64,000 nucleotides of DNA from Patellaria atrata CBS 101060 (Eukaryota): positions 372,001 through 436,000 of the forward strand of contig MU006091.1 of NCBI GenBank assembly GCA_010093705.1, given 5' to 3'. Position 1 is the stretch's first letter. Each line of letters starts with the position of its first letter. The position numbers and the translations under genes are program-made. Shown here one piece after another: positions 26,901 to 40,586 of the stretch. Under the pieces are notes generated by a model. It did no database searches. It saw nothing but the letters and a program-made list of their open reading frames with translations, and was not told where the DNA came from.

Positions 26901-27538
26901 AGAAGAAGAAGAAAGCTTTCTGTCAAAGCCGGTAAACCATCATGGACTTGGCGGGTTGATGCTTCGGTATACCTTCTAAGTACAGCGTGGTACTACTATG
27001 TTGCCGCGCATGTGGGAAGGGATGCTGTGATATGAATTAGACCCGAGCTGTAGTTCTATCTAACTTAAGAGGTGGACATCGGAATGCGTAAGGACAAACT
27101 GTAGTATTTTGGTACAACTGAGAAAGCACAATAATAGGGCGAAGACTTGGAAAGGTGAGAAATCCATTTTCACCGTTGGGCATTCTTGTCTTACGGCTCT
27201 ACGAGGTGAAAAGGACATAATAGGGACATACTAAAGAGTACTGAACGAACTCGCTGAGGCCTAAAGATATCCAGTAATAAGTATATGCAGCTACTACCTT
27301 ATAACGAAAAATAATCATCGTGAAAACGTCTTGTATTTCAGTATCAGACGTGGTACATTCGGTTTAGTTACATGCGTTGTTGCTCTAGCCCATTAAGTAC
27401 TAGCGGCGTAAACCAACGGCACGGTTTCACATGTTCTCGTGTCACCCTAAACAAACGGAAGACATTCTCACAACCGCAAACCGTCCTATGTCTATTCGCT
27501 AACACAATTATACTCTTCTTTGTGAACAATCCTTAGAG

Positions 27539-29965
27539 ATGTCTAGACCTCCTAGAACGAGTGTTCTTCCGCCCTCTCCCGCACACTCAGCTTACGACGT
27601 CAATCTCTCCGCACTGCCACTCGTTGGCGACGAAAGCACCGATGATCTCAGTTTGAACCTGGATGAAGCGATTGTGGGTACGCAACTAGACGTATTGAGA
27701 AGCGACGATGTGGGCGGACCAAGTGACTTTACAGAGAACATGGAATGGTGGATAAACGGCGGACACAGAAAGGGGAGCATAAAAAAGAGATCCGAAAAGC
27801 GGGGGATGCGGATGGTTGACACCGGAGTTGGTGCAAGTAGCGTTAATCTGGGCAGTAAAGAGCTGGGCACTCCAGATCTCACGAGCGGAACCTCAGCGAA
27901 TACGCAAGAAGAGGAAGTAGGAGACGATGAGGACGATGAAGAGGAAGGCGCGTCGGAAGAGATCGTGCAACACCACCATGCTCCCGATGTTCATCTAGAG
28001 AAAAACGAGGAAGAAAGTATGATCGATTTAGACGCGTCAATTGAGGAACAAGAAAAGGCACTATCGTATCTTTCCGCGCCAGATGACGAGGAGCAGCCTG
28101 CTTTAAGTACTCCGAATAAGAATAGGTTGTCATCTACAGGAACCACAATACATAAGGCTATGTCTCAACCTACTACCACGATTACTTCACCTTCACGATT
28201 CCAACCTACGGTAGAGGATTACCAAGATACACCGCGTAAGATTTCTCCGTTGGAGCCTGCACAACAGTCGCGAGATATGAAGAGGGATGATGACGCAGCT
28301 ATCATGAAGCGGCAAGCAGACGAGATCCAGGAGCTTAACCGGCTTTTGGAGAGGAACAAAGAAGCAACAAACGCCCAGATCATTGAACTACAATCCCGTA
28401 TCGTATCCACGAGAGACGAGGGGGGTAATAAAGTCAAAGCATTAGAGACCCAGTTAACGTCGCTGAGGCATGCATTGCAAGTGTCACAGAAGGAGCGACA
28501 AGAAGAGATCGACACTCATGCTACAGAGGAAGAAAGATTATCCAAAGAAGCTGAGAATCGAGCAATGAACCTCACGAACCAGCTTCAAAAAGCACAATCT
28601 GAGTTCCACCTCGCGAAGAGCAATCTTGAGCGTACAAAGGCGCAATCGCAGAAATATATTGAGTCTCAATCCACAGAAATTATTACTTTGAAAACGCAAG
28701 TCGCTACTCTGCAAAAACAACTGTCTGATCGCGCTACACAGGAAAGTCTCGAAGCAGAGAGATTGCAGCAACAAGCAACGGCTGTCTCACACACTGAAGC
28801 GCTAGCGAAGCTGAACATTGCTTTAAGCGATCAAGCAGCTATTCTTTCCGCAAAGGATAAGGAGCTCGAGCAAGCAACGAAGAAGCAACAGGAGATGACT
28901 GAATATAACGCTAAAGCGGCTTCGGAATTTCGATTTTTGGAGTTGCGTGCTCATGATTTGCAAACTCAGCTCCAAACTGCAAGGAATGAACTCACACGTG
29001 CTCGTGTAGAAAACAATGAGTTACGTCAGTCACTGTCCCAAGCCCGAGAAACAGTGAGGTCAGCAAACCATGAGAAAGAAGAAGTAGTGATGGAACTCCA
29101 AAACGCTAAGACTATCCATGAATTCATGCAGACGGCGGCCAAACAAGAGAAAGAAGACGACGATGAGTTGATTAGAAGTCAAGAAGAACGGCTAGAGTCA
29201 CTCAAGAAAGCACAAAGCGAGGAAGCTAGACGGATGCGCCTAAAGGCCGAAGAAGCAATCGTCAAAGTTAGCCAGATGCTGGAGGCGGAGAGAAAAGCAC
29301 GCTTGGCAATGAGAGGAGAGCTTAACGACTTAAGAAGAGAAAGAGACGATGCTCTAACAAGACTCGAAGCAGCATCGAACGAGATCGTTCAGCTCAAACT
29401 AACCGCATCCACGGAGAAAATCGGCGAACAAGATATTGCTTCCGACGATAGTATCGATATGGCCAGATTGAGAGAGGAACTCTCAGAGCATAGAACCATC
29501 ATCCAATCCCTTCGTAAAGAGCTCGCCCAAGCCAAACTAGCCGCTTCTCGCCCAGCACCACATCCTGCTCCCAAACAAACCCCCAAATTCTCACAGCTAG
29601 ATAACGCAAACTATCAGCTCCGGACTGACCTCGCCGCTTCTAATAGCCTCGTTAACTCCCTTCGCGAAGATCTGATACAGGCACGCAGGGACATTGATCA
29701 GGCTTATAAAGACCTCGCAGAGACGCGCATAGAACTAGAAGCTGCACAAGACGAGCACGAGCAACTCGATCGCGATGTGGAGGCCAAAGCGGTCGAGCTC
29801 GTCAAGAAGAAGGAGAATGAGTGGAAGGAGCGACTGCAGGAGCTCAAGAAGGAACGTAATGGTATGGGCAAGATCCTGATGAGGGAATGGGGGAAGGCGG
29901 AGCTGGGTGTTACTGGACGTGAGGGTGGTGGACAGGAGTATGAGTATCAGTACGTGAAGCGATAG
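27539..29965 (+). CDS. 808-aa intronless coiled-coil protein, possibly spindle-pole-body associated (SnaD-like; tentative)
   Basis: Long ORF with a disordered acidic N-terminus containing GGPSDFTENMEWW, about 500 aa of heptad-rich E/K/Q/L sequence, and a C-terminal MGKILMREWG...QEYEYQYV. The family assignment is from memory only. Confidence 0.8.
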   Translation: MSRPPRTSVLPPSPAHSAYDVNLSALPLVGDESTDDLSLNLDEAIVGTQLDVLRSDDVGGPSDFTENMEWWINGGHRKGSIKKRSEKRGMRMVDTGVGASSVNLGSKELGTPDLTSGTSANTQEEEVGDDEDDEEEGASEEIVQHHHAPDVHLEKNEEESMIDLDASIEEQEKALSYLSAPDDEEQPALSTPNKNRLSSTGTTIHKAMSQPTTTITSPSRFQPTVEDYQDTPRKISPLEPAQQSRDMKRDDDAAIMKRQADEIQELNRLLERNKEATNAQIIELQSRIVSTRDEGGNKVKALETQLTSLRHALQVSQKERQEEIDTHATEEERLSKEAENRAMNLTNQLQKAQSEFHLAKSNLERTKAQSQKYIESQSTEIITLKTQVATLQKQLSDRATQESLEAERLQQQATAVSHTEALAKLNIALSDQAAILSAKDKELEQATKKQQEMTEYNAKAASEFRFLELRAHDLQTQLQTARNELTRARVENNELRQSLSQARETVRSANHEKEEVVMELQNAKTIHEFMQTAAKQEKEDDDELIRSQEERLESLKKAQSEEARRMRLKAEEAIVKVSQMLEAERKARLAMRGELNDLRRERDDALTRLEAASNEIVQLKLTASTEKIGEQDIASDDSIDMARLREELSEHRTIIQSLRKELAQAKLAASRPAPHPAPKQTPKFSQLDNANYQLRTDLAASNSLVNSLREDLIQARRDIDQAYKDLAETRIELEAAQDEHEQLDRDVEAKAVELVKKKENEWKERLQELKKERNGMGKILMREWGKAELGVTGREGGGQEYEYQYVKR

Positions 29966-30764
29966 GGTGTTTGGAGTGGGGAGGCTCTGGAATGCGTTCA
30001 GGGGCATGGTTTTTATGATTGCTATGTATGGAGTACTATCGATATACCTTATCCCGTGTTTCCTGTTTTGGCTCGGGGAAGATGCTTTCCTATACGAAGC
30101 ACCATGGCGTAGCATACATTCGTCGTCCTGTTGGATAGGGTCTCAATGAACCAGATATGGCGATTCAGAAAGCAACGTCTTTTTGAAAGTGTAGTTGCAC
30201 TTGTAGTTCTCTCTGTACAGTTGATCTTGAGCCATGTAACTAGGCGGTACGCAAAGACCACACTTGAGATGACGTATTTATAGATATAGAGGAGATGTTC
30301 AGTACGGGGTGTTGCTCAGCACGGTGATGGTAGGGAGGGGTTTGAGGTTGGGTTTGGCTTTACCAAGACTACCTTTATGAGGACTAGGTGTGACATTTGG
30401 AGGTTAGCGTACCCTTGGCCCTCGTGTCATCATAACTTTTACTCAACGATTGAAAAAAAAAATAAATAGAGGGATCAAGCAACTTTCTCCCAATTTTATC
30501 AATGTGTCACTTTCCTTTCTCTTGAGACCCAAAATGCTTTCCAGGGTCTGCTCACCCTCGCGGGAAGGATCTTCCAAGATTACTTCTATGGTGTTTCGTC
30601 ACAATATTGCGCGTCATATACACATGAAGTATCCGAGCAAAGAGTTTATTGGCTGGGAGAGATTCTGGTACTATGATAGGAAACTCACATGAGGTGCATA
30701 GTGGGTGAGGGCAGTGTTTTTTCAAGCAGAAGCAGACTTACAAGACGCGCAAAAGCAATTCGAC

Positions 30765-31760
30765 ATGGCTACTCCTGCCGAAATGCCCGCCCGCGCTCTT
30801 TCGCAGTTCGAACCTTATAGGCAGAGTTCGGATGGCTGAAATTGGAGGAATGCATGAGGATAGTGGGCATAGATCTGATATTTTATTCGTACGTGTTGCG
30901 ATCAGCTCCAGATCCTGCATTGCGAACAGCCGCCATCAGTCTATCCTTACTTGAGCATGAAATCATACAGTTGAATACGGAGCTCGCATTGTACCGTCGT
31001 CAAGAATTCAGGGGCGAACACAATGAATCTGCTAGAGCCCAACATTATGCACTGGCAAGATCTGCTTCGGTTCGAAAATTAATGTAAGACATCGGTAACC
31101 TAAGGCTTTGCCCCAGCTTAATGTTTTCTAGCGGAGGACCCGGCTCGAAATGGAAGCTTTACTACTTCAACCCTCAAATGAGTACTGATGGTAAACTGTG
31201 CTACCATCTAGAGTACTCTTTGAGGGTTTTGTCTCTGAGCTTGTTTGAAATGGAAAAGTTGGTCAAGAGAAACTTTTTCCGTCAACTGCATAAGGCACAT
31301 CCACGACAACTTCTTCATGACGGTATCTCATTGTCCCTTGGAATTGCAGCTAAAGAAATGCAATTCATTGTCCACTTTGCGAAACTTGACCGGCGTTCTT
31401 TCGCTAGAAAGAGTGTTCATAACCCTATCTTAACGAATATCCCTCCAATTATGAACTATATCAACCGCCAGCCCCCTCGTCTATCATCACTTCTAGCTCA
31501 CAGGATAAGGTCCCTCGGAGTCAGAAGTGGAAAGACAAATCGAGCTGACAAAGTGCTTTTTAGAGAAATGCTATCGCTTTCAAGATCGAATGCACAATCT
31601 GGACACATAGAATTACAGAGAGCTTGCTGATCGCAGGATTAAACGGTTTCAAGAATTGCAAAAGCGGGTTAAGGCACGGGAAGAAGCAAAGAAAAAGAAA
31701 CAGCTCAAAATGGAGAAGCAAAGAGCAAAAGTGCAAAACCACCTTGAAGCGCGACAAAAC
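30765..31760 (+). pseudogene. Possible decayed gene of unknown family
   Basis: Consecutive protein-like ORF fragments (30842-31087, 31121-31630, 31624 onward), with an intron-like gtaaga..tttctag between the first two and frame breaks elsewhere. Confidence 0.3.
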
Positions 31761-33608
31761 AGTAGACTTTCAGTTCGCAGGTTCGACTAACTGGGGTCCG
31801 CAATCAGGACCTCGTGCGACGTATCAGCGTTCAGTCATGATTATCTTGCACCCGTTCTTTCATACGCTTCCAGGATAGGGACTGTGGTCGTTCAGACACA
31901 TGGTAGATATCTGCGCTGTGCTTCTCTTCCGTTCTCGAGCTCCTTTCCCCTCAACGACTGCAAGTTTTCCATAGAGGACAAACGATTTCGGATCACGGTA
32001 TATCTCGTCCCCCACCGGTGCATTCCTTTGCTGCTTACTATATGATCGTTTTAAGATAGACTCCGGCTCCCTGTATAGTAAAGTCCAAAGCTTGAAAGCG
32101 CATACCAACCGTACCTAAGACTGAACCGTACAGCCAATGGGGGCTGATGAATATTGAAACATTATTTGTCTCCCAACAATTGTTTGTTCAAACCTAGGGA
32201 TGTCGAGGAATTCCAACTCTGATGAGGAGAACCCTACACTTATCTTCCCCCCTTCTTTTATCTTTCTGGGGGACTGTTAGCCATTATTCATCATGTATCG
32301 TAACATATTGATATGTCTCTCAAGATGATGTATCAAGCTCTTGTGGAAAATCGAACAACCAAATCGCCCTAAATAATTCACATCTCCTTCGATATTGCAC
32401 TCCTTCGTCTTGTAAGCCCACGGCGACCTTTGGGTGGGTGGCCCTACATTGATGAGATTAAACCGTTCGTTTCAAGAGATAGCTCATGACTTCATTGGTT
32501 ATTTAGGGTTTTCCCACTGGAGTCTTCTTTTGCGGAAATTTCGGCATATTCAGAATTATGGACCATTTTTAATTAGCAATCACTTCAAATGGGGCTAATC
32601 AAACGACACTGGTAACTAAAAGCCCTTCGATGAGATGGATTAAGAGATGACCAAGCTACTCCGATCGATGGGTACCATCACGATATTTGCGTTACTGGGG
32701 GTTATATTGTGAATTATTATTTCGGAAAACATTCCCATCTTTAACTCAAACACACAACCAGTATCAAATATCCAACCAACTGAATTAAATAATACTAAAA
32801 TTGAGCCTTCTGGATTCTGTTCTTAATGCGATCTCCATAAACTTCAATTCGCCTTTTTGCCCGATAGCAGATACCAACTCCTCTACATCTCTTCACCAAC
32901 ACCTCTCCTCAAAATAAACCACCACAACAACGGTCCTACCCACGAAAACTCTATCCAAATGCCCCACATAAACCCATTCCTTCCCACACCAACCCAAACT
33001 CATAAACTGAAACCAAAAAATCCCTCACCTCACCAAAAAGTGAGGTTTATAAGCCGATTGTGGAGAGCACACAAGCACATATGACCATAGAATAAGGAAT
33101 ACTGTGAATCCCGTCCATCCTGCCCGATGAGGAATTCTTGAAATGCTAATCTACCGTTCAGGACAAGCAAATTCTCGCGTTCTCTCAGAATAACATAAAT
33201 ATACGAAACTAAGTCACAACCAATCTATATTAGTACTAAATCTAGAAAGATAGATTCTCTATGAAAATTTTTTTTCGCTTAAATGAGGTTTGTTGTCATG
33301 AAGATATGACAATGGGAAGTTGGTGACTTATTAGACTTGGTGTTGGTTTTTGGTTGCTAAGGCAACCACGTGCCACTGTACTACAGCGCCGTAGCCTCTT
33401 AGCCAACACGTTAGAGAAGACAGTCCAAGGACCAAAATGACCGTAAGTGTAAGGTAACGTCTTACAAAAAGTCACTAGGCAACTTTGAAACCTATTTTAC
33501 CAAGCTTTATTTAAGCCCTACCCTTATAAATATAGCTCGTCACGGGCATGTCTAATCTCGAAAACCACGATCTCCATTTATTCGAGTAGTCCTACTACAT
33601 CTTTCAAA

Positions 33609-34410
33609 ATGACCCAAGAGCTTCATCCCGCCAACGTTCTCCTCTCCACCATCTTCTATGATTCCAGACCAGTCTCGGTTAATGTTCTAGCCAACAGTTT
33701 GGATGCATGTACGTTCAAGGTACACTTCGATGCGGAGCCGTCTCCAGGTCTACCAATAGATCTGGTAGTCCGTATGGAAACATCAAACGGATTACTAGAA
33801 GCTGCTTCCGCGCTCCAAAAACTCGCTTTCCACCAAATCCCGGAATTTGTTCTTGAAGTTTACAGTTTTGGCAGAGCATTGACCGCGAATGGGAGACTCG
33901 TAGAGTATTCGGTTACCAAATTCATCCCTGACACTATTACATTGAAGTCTATCTGGTCTTCGCTTAGTCCTACTAGGCAAGATTCTCTAGTCAATAAGGT
34001 CATTTAAGTGGTAATGAAGTTCCAGGAGCTTAAGCTTTCGGATGATGCGGTCAAAACATTCATTCTGAACACTCCGTTCCATAACACTAATCACGAGAAG
34101 CCTATAGGTGGTCCAAAATATGGGTATGTAAGGGACATCCATGGGTTTCTCGTACAACTCGTTGGTAATCATCAATTGAAGCAATCCCCCACCTCCTCCA
34201 TAATTGAAGATACAGACGGCATTTCCATCAAATCATCCATCTCAGATTTCGGAGAAATTTTTCTCTCAACGCATAACCTTCGAGTGCTCCAGGATACCGT
34301 TGTGCTATTGCACAATGATATAGAGCCACGAAACGTGCTGGTAAGAAGCTTGCAAGACAACCACGATGTACAGTATGGACTGGGGGGAGTATGAGATTGG
34401 TACGGCACTG
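33609..34410 (+). pseudogene. Aminoglycoside-phosphotransferase / kinase-like pseudogene
   Basis: ORFs 33609-34007 and 34008-34394 are the same frame split by one TAA. The Brenner-type motif VLLHNDIEPRNVLV is present. A second stop (GGV*DW) falls right before the conserved DW, and the rest is lost. Confidence 0.75.
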
Positions 34411-34804
34411 ACATGGTATAGTATGAGTTGGCTTTTATCAAGGAATATGACTGATAGAGAATACTATTCAAAACACATATGGAGATATAAATAGGAAGAA
34501 CCGGTGATTATGTCTGGAGAAGCACTCTACAACAATCAACCTACCATAGCTCAGTCGAACGATACAAAATACGAGCACGGAGTGCTTATGCATATTCTTA
34601 ATCGGCTTAAAGCTTATAGGGCAACATATGCCGCAAGCGTATTTCCATCTACAAACATATGAATGGAAAATTAGATTGACAAAAGATAATAAACACCAAA
34701 AGATAGAACTAAGCCATACCATACATTTCACGCTACTCCTTAAGGTCCAAATCCACAAACAAATGAGATACTCTCTAAGTCACGTCCGATTCATTAATGC
34801 TCCA

Positions 34805-35267
34805 CTACTTTAAAAACCCCTCTCCATCGTACAAACTTCCCGGACTCCCCACCACTCCCTCTTCCCCCCGCAGCTTCACCCTCTCCGCAACTCCCTTCGC
34901 CTTATCACCCCTGGTCGGAGAAGTGCCGCCCCAAAACCGCCCTCCATCGTTCCAGGCCGAGCCTACCTTTGGCCCCCGAGTCCTAGCTTTTGAAACTGGA
35001 GACTTCGTGCCGGGCGTCGCGAACGAGTTCGGCGGGCGCGAGAGCCGTAGTTGCAGGAGAGACTCATCGCGCAGACGCCAGGCAAGCCTCTCTTCTTCTG
35101 TTTCCGTAGGCGAAGAGGGCGAATTGACTTGCTTTTCGGCACCAGGGAGGGACTGAGATTCGACATATGGGACCGTGATAGGTTTTGGCGTAGCGAGGAG
35201 ACCATCAAGACTTATATCATCCGCCTCCACACCTAGGGTTGGGGAATCATTCTTTTCGAGCTCTTCC

Positions 35268-35299
<32 letters not shown>

Positions 35300-38200
35300 G
35301 TCGTCGTCGTCGTCGTCGTCCAACACTAAGTCGATATCGAGTAGTTCACAACCGCCCATCTCCTCATCACTCTCTCCCAACTCGTCACCGTCAAGCAACA
35401 CACACGCCTCTTCACCCTCCCTAAATTCCTCTTCGTCCCCCGCGATACTAAACTCCGCTAAACTCGCGCTCTCCCGTCCGAGTCGGAGATACCGTCTCTC
35501 CAGCATCGCGTCGGCCATAGCCTCCGAGTTCATCCTGCGCAACGCTTGCACGTTCCCGAGTACGCCCTTCGGAGACTGCGCGCGGGGGCCGTGCGGGGAG
35601 GAATGGGGCCGTGTGAGTGTGGGAGCGGTAGTGATGGTGGTGAAAGTTTCGGGGACGAGGAAGTTACGGGACAGTGTTGGATCTAGCGCGTTGTCTGGGG
35701 TTGCATCTGGAATAGGGAATAATGTTGACTGCGGTTTTGGTGCTCGCGCGACCAAGCGCTTGGGCAAGAGTTTAGGTGCAGATATGAAGGGGTTGGGGAG
35801 CGGAGCATAAAAGGGGTCGGAGGATAGCGGTTGCGTTAACAGGAATGGTTGGATGGTCTCCGGCTGTGGTATGGAGTGAGGTTGTGCGGTCGCTTCATCT
35901 TGTCCTATAGAAGATGAGAACTTCGCTGGTGGTACTGTCTTCGGGGAACAGGGCGGTGAGTCGACGGGATGGGAGCAGAGGGGGTTCGTCCCGACGGCTG
36001 AGGATAACACGAGATGGGTATCTTCAAACTTGGACGGACCTTCGGAGAGAATATTTGCAGAAGGAGTGGTAGGCGTATCTGGTGTGGGATATTCTAGCGC
36101 TGGACGTTCGGGATCGTAAGGTTCTAATACTGTGACATCTTTGGATTCGGGAATGGTAAGCGGTGATAAAGAAGATTCCCTTAAATGCGCGGAAGGTGCA
36201 TCGATTAAATTCTGGGAGATTTCCGACGTATTTGCTGGAAAGCGGAAAGTAGAGAACACTTCCGGTGAGGATGCTTTTGGAGTACCTTCGTCTTCCATCT
36301 CCGTCGACGGGCGCGATATTGATAAGGTTGGGAATGCGTTGCTGGACTCATATGACCCTTTGCATGGGCTCGGAAATGAAGGTATGCTGAAAATCGAAGA
36401 TTCTCTAGTCAAACATGTAGAAGATCTCTTACCAGGGGAAGAGCTTGGAAGTCGTCGATATCTTATATTAGGCTCTGGGTTATGCTGCTCCAAGTATTCC
36501 GAAGAAGAAAACAGCGCTAAAGTGGTACTCAAAGAAGCATGAAGAGTCGTGGGCTTCAACTGTACATCGGGAGCGAAGGTTGATGTACTTGGTGGACGTG
36601 GTAGTGATCTTAAAGGTGCACTACTCCGAGAAGGTGTAAGTTCAGCAGACATATGAACTTCTGGTGATTCTTCTTCAATACCATTCATTCTCGATGCTGG
36701 GCTAGGAGATCGGCCAGACGGTCCAATGATTGTGGGAGCCAAAGAGATTCGAACGCAGTTTTGTCGACGATGCCTTTTTCGAGCACTAGGACTCCCCTTT
36801 AACGCAGATGGTTTTTTGTTGACTGGACTGGGATCCCACTGAAAAGGATTACCATTACTACTACGCGTAGATGACGCTTGGGTTGAGCTTTGAGAAGGTT
36901 GCCTTGTCGGAATACATTGATTACCCGAGATGTCTCGAAGAACCGAATGCTTGCGACGCTCAGTAGGAGATCCGTACAGTGTAACATAGGATCGCGAATG
37001 GCGCCTGGGAGTGCTTAAAGATTTTGCTCTAGCGTTGGTTTTAGATGTTGTTATAGGGGAAACGTATGAGGCTTTTCTACCCTCTTCCGCTTTTATCATT
37101 GAAAGACGATCGGTCCTACTCCCCACTGAGACCATGCTTATCGGACGGGATACATTTGGGTTCGGGGGGCCATCTTGGTTACAATTCGAAGATTTACTGT
37201 AAATAGAAGCTTGGGGGTTCCGGTATATTGCCCTACCATGCAAAGCAAACATGTCTCGGATCTGTCGAGGGTTCATCGTTATGGAGGCATTGCAATCTCG
37301 GCCAGCTTCTCGATTTACCCTGACACTCCCAGAATGCTGTGCAGCGGGACTCTGTCCATTAATAAGAATAGAGCTGTTGATGGAGTCAAAGCTTGATGTG
37401 GAATAACGAGAAGGACTGCCTTGGATGATAGGTTTTGCACCCTTCTGTCCTACGTTTGTGTTGATTTTTAACGGGAGTGGAGGAGCTGGCGCATCAGGGA
37501 CAGCTCCTGGAATTTGGTTACCAAGACTGACGGACCTACTCTGTGTCTGAAGCCTGGGAATGCGCGATGGTTGGCCTGTTATCGCATTTTCTGGTATGGG
37601 AACTGAGACGGTCGCAATAGACTTTGACCGGTTAGCTCTAGGATGGTTCGCAGTTGATACCTCACGAAAAATCCCTCGCACATCCGCTAAATCGGTTACA
37701 TATTGCTTCTTGGACAGACTCCTATTGACATTGTCTGTGGATTGATGCACTATAACTTTGTTCTGTTTGGTGATTTCAGCTGTACGGGGACTGATGTCTT
37801 GGTCTTGAAAGGATTGACGAAGTCCGACCCGGGGTTTCTGAAGAGGTGACTGTGGTGTATCAACAATATGTGGGGAGGTCTCAACAATAGATGGTAGCCT
37901 TGAGATCCGTGAACTCAACGGAAGGGAACATTTGCTGCCATCTTCTTTGGAGAAAGGCCACGAAAGGCGACTGATTCGAAAGGTGCGTCCGGGAAGGGTA
38001 GGAGTCGGATCCTCCGGTCGTGTCATGCTCATCTGGCTTCTGTATATGCTCTCTCGAGATGCCAAAGTCCCCCATCCCGAATTGTTGTTGAACGGTAGGA
38101 GCGTATTACGGCGCAATACGTTTCTGGGGCGGTGATGAGAACCCGGTCTACGTAGAGTCCGAGGATCGACGGGCGGATTTGCTATTCCCCTGTCCTCCAA

Positions 38201-38362
38201 ATCAACGAGGAGACCTCTATATCGTTGAACGGCTCGACAAAGGAGGAACGAAATATAGACCAATGCGATTCCCATAACCCCTCCTGCAACACATATTGCT
38301 GTAATGGTGCCGGAATCTAGCGAAGTGGCATCCATGCTATGGGTGGTATTCCGCGGTTGCAT
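34805..38362 (-). CDS. ~1180-aa Ser/Pro-rich, largely disordered single-pass membrane protein of unknown function
   Basis: Uninterrupted 3.5-kb ORF with an N-terminal TM helix (ITAICVAGGVMGIALVYISFLL), motif-like islands GNPFQWD and PSALKGSPSARKRHRRQNCVRI, and a C-terminal SPGSLYDGEGFLK*. The start ATG is 38362 or 38335. Confidence 0.85.
35268..35318. repeat. Compound microsatellite (TCA)10(TCG)7 encoding a 17-Asp tract on the minus strand
   Basis: Read directly; the protein has LVLDDDDDDDDDDDDDDDDDEEEL. Confidence 0.95.
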
Positions 38363-39640
38363 TTTCCTAATTCCAAACTCGTGAATTGACTGCACGTTGT
38401 TGCTACACGGTCACGATAGCCTGAGCGCGCCTCTGAAGGGAGGATGGGACGGATAGTTGTAAACTTGAAGGGGAAAGTACACCAAAGGTTTGAATGAGGT
38501 CTCTGGGTATTGAATCCCTACGAATTGTGAGAACTAGAATTCTGTTATCGCGACGTTGACGGCCCGATCGCCTCGGAGAGGTTGCCTCACTGTAGGTTCC
38601 TGTAGTTTTACTACCATGATACCTGTAAGAGAGGTTCATTATAAAGGATGAAGACATTGTTTTGACAAATTTAGTGCGGAATGCATGTGTTATACTTTCA
38701 TTGGGTGAACAATTAGACTCAAGGGATAGGCAGGAATGTAAAGTAGCACTTTTCGCTTATAACTTCCTCTTTACATACCATCAACATGAAGAACGTTAGA
38801 GCATGAATAAAGTAAAAACAAATCCGAATATAGTCCGCGTTGTTAGCTCTCTCGAGCCAAGGTAAAGGTTAAAGAGAGCCTACAACGAAGTTCATATTCA
38901 TATGGGAATACAATTTTAAAGATTTCGTCCTACTTCGTCGCTAATGAGCCGTTAAGATTATGAAGTGCTGGAGCTGTCTATTGAAGTTCGAACTTACAAA
39001 GCAGTTTTATACTAGTACCTGGTACGTTAGCATAAGATCTTTGGCCACTGTACAACTGGCTGTACATTCACCTATACTAGAATCTGAGACATCACCAGCT
39101 CTTGAAGTGTTAAATAAGTCGGTCTCCGTATGGATAGAGCCGTCTTTACTGCTTTACCATTTTACACAGCTAGAGCCAGAGCGCTTTTGAGAGCAACGTA
39201 CGGTAAATCTGGCGGTCCAAGACAAGAGAAGGACTGATGAGAGTCGTTTGAAAATCTGCACCAAGTAGTTCACCTCGATCTGGAAAAGTTATTTCGTTTT
39301 GTTCTCTACTAGATCGGTTTTACATCCTTCTACCAAGACAACCCGCGAAGTGGCTGAATGGAATTGACTGGCGTGAGCAGTACATGATATCGTTGGACTA
39401 CATAAGTAACGGAACCATGAGATATCAATCTACCAAGCTGATATGCATATGCTCTCTAAACACGCGATAAAATATTAGCGTATGAATGCAGAGATGGAGT
39501 GTTATGGTCATACTCAATCAATGATCATGTCCCTCTTCAGACATTCTCTCGCCTACCGCGAGTATCTTTTCCAAACCTTCAGATCGCGACTCTAGTCATA
39601 AATTTGTATGGTAATAATGGGAGACAATCACCGTATCTCC

Positions 39641-40586
39641 TCACTCTGTTCTCCTCCATTTCGTCTCGTCAGAATCCCAGTCCACCTCATCTTGCGCTCC
39701 ATCAACGGCATCTATGCTCCTAACATTCCCAGCTCCAGCTCCTAGCGCAGCCCCACCAACGAATTGACCGTTCTCATCATAAAACTGATTCATATTTTCG
39801 CTCGTGATCCACCCTCCCGCACCGGGAGCTGTGCTCCCAACCCCTTCCTCATCGTCGGAAACAGGATCGGGATGTAAGTCCGCGCAAGCCGAGACCGCGT
39901 TGAAGAGCGCTTGAGTTGAATTGTCCTCAGTAGTGTCAGTATTTAGGACTCCTTGTGGTGCAGCTGCAATTTCGGTGGCTGATGCTGTAGTGGGTGTGCT
40001 CGAAGGTACGACCGCAAGTTCTACAGTATCAATATCGTCGTCAGAGTTAATTGTCTCCGTATCATGTAGTGTCAATTGTATATAAAGCCCTTGTATTTCT
40101 GGCGCATCTGTAGGCGACGAGGGAAGACAGAGTCGCTGGATTGCGTGGAGGGATATCGTGGGGTATGGGATGTGAATTCCGGTTTTTGTAGTATTCGAGT
40201 AGATAATGATATTCCTATGGCTCGCATTGTGAGTTACGGGGCCTCAAAGGAGAGGTTTTGTAGACTAGAAGAACTTACTCAGAGCCTACCCATACGTCGA
40301 TACCGTCTATGACGATCTGCTCTGAGATATTATGCGCGTCACCATTGACAACAGCGCCGTTCTGTAAGTCTGTAGAATTCGTACCATTCTTCGACGCTCC
40401 AGTATCAGTTAATCTAGCAAGCGAAGGATGTGCCTCTAGATCCTGCTTTCCAATGACAAGTTTGGTGTTGGTGGTGCGATGGTAGAGCACAGGCTTTCCG
40501 CCGAAAAAGGTACCAGGAGTCTGACTCTGGTGTTCGGCAAGCGGTGTGAAAGAGCTCAAATCTGGTTCCTCTCGTATCACTTCCAT
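39641..40586 (-). CDS. LOT5: ICln/Lot5 (Voldacs domain) snRNP-assembly chaperone homolog
   Basis: HQSQTPGTFFGGKPVLY; intron 40215-40278; GIHIPYPTISLHAIQR; ALFNAVSACADLHPDP; GGWITSEN. Confidence 0.85.

Noticed and set aside
31780..31790. GGTTCGA T-loop-like word (another at about 44737)
   Set aside because: No acceptor stem, D arm or anticodon arm can be built around either hit, so neither is a tRNA.
35175..35810. Plus-strand poly-Ser and poly-His/Arg ORFs
   Set aside because: They are antisense shadows of the poly-Asp microsatellite in the real minus-strand gene.
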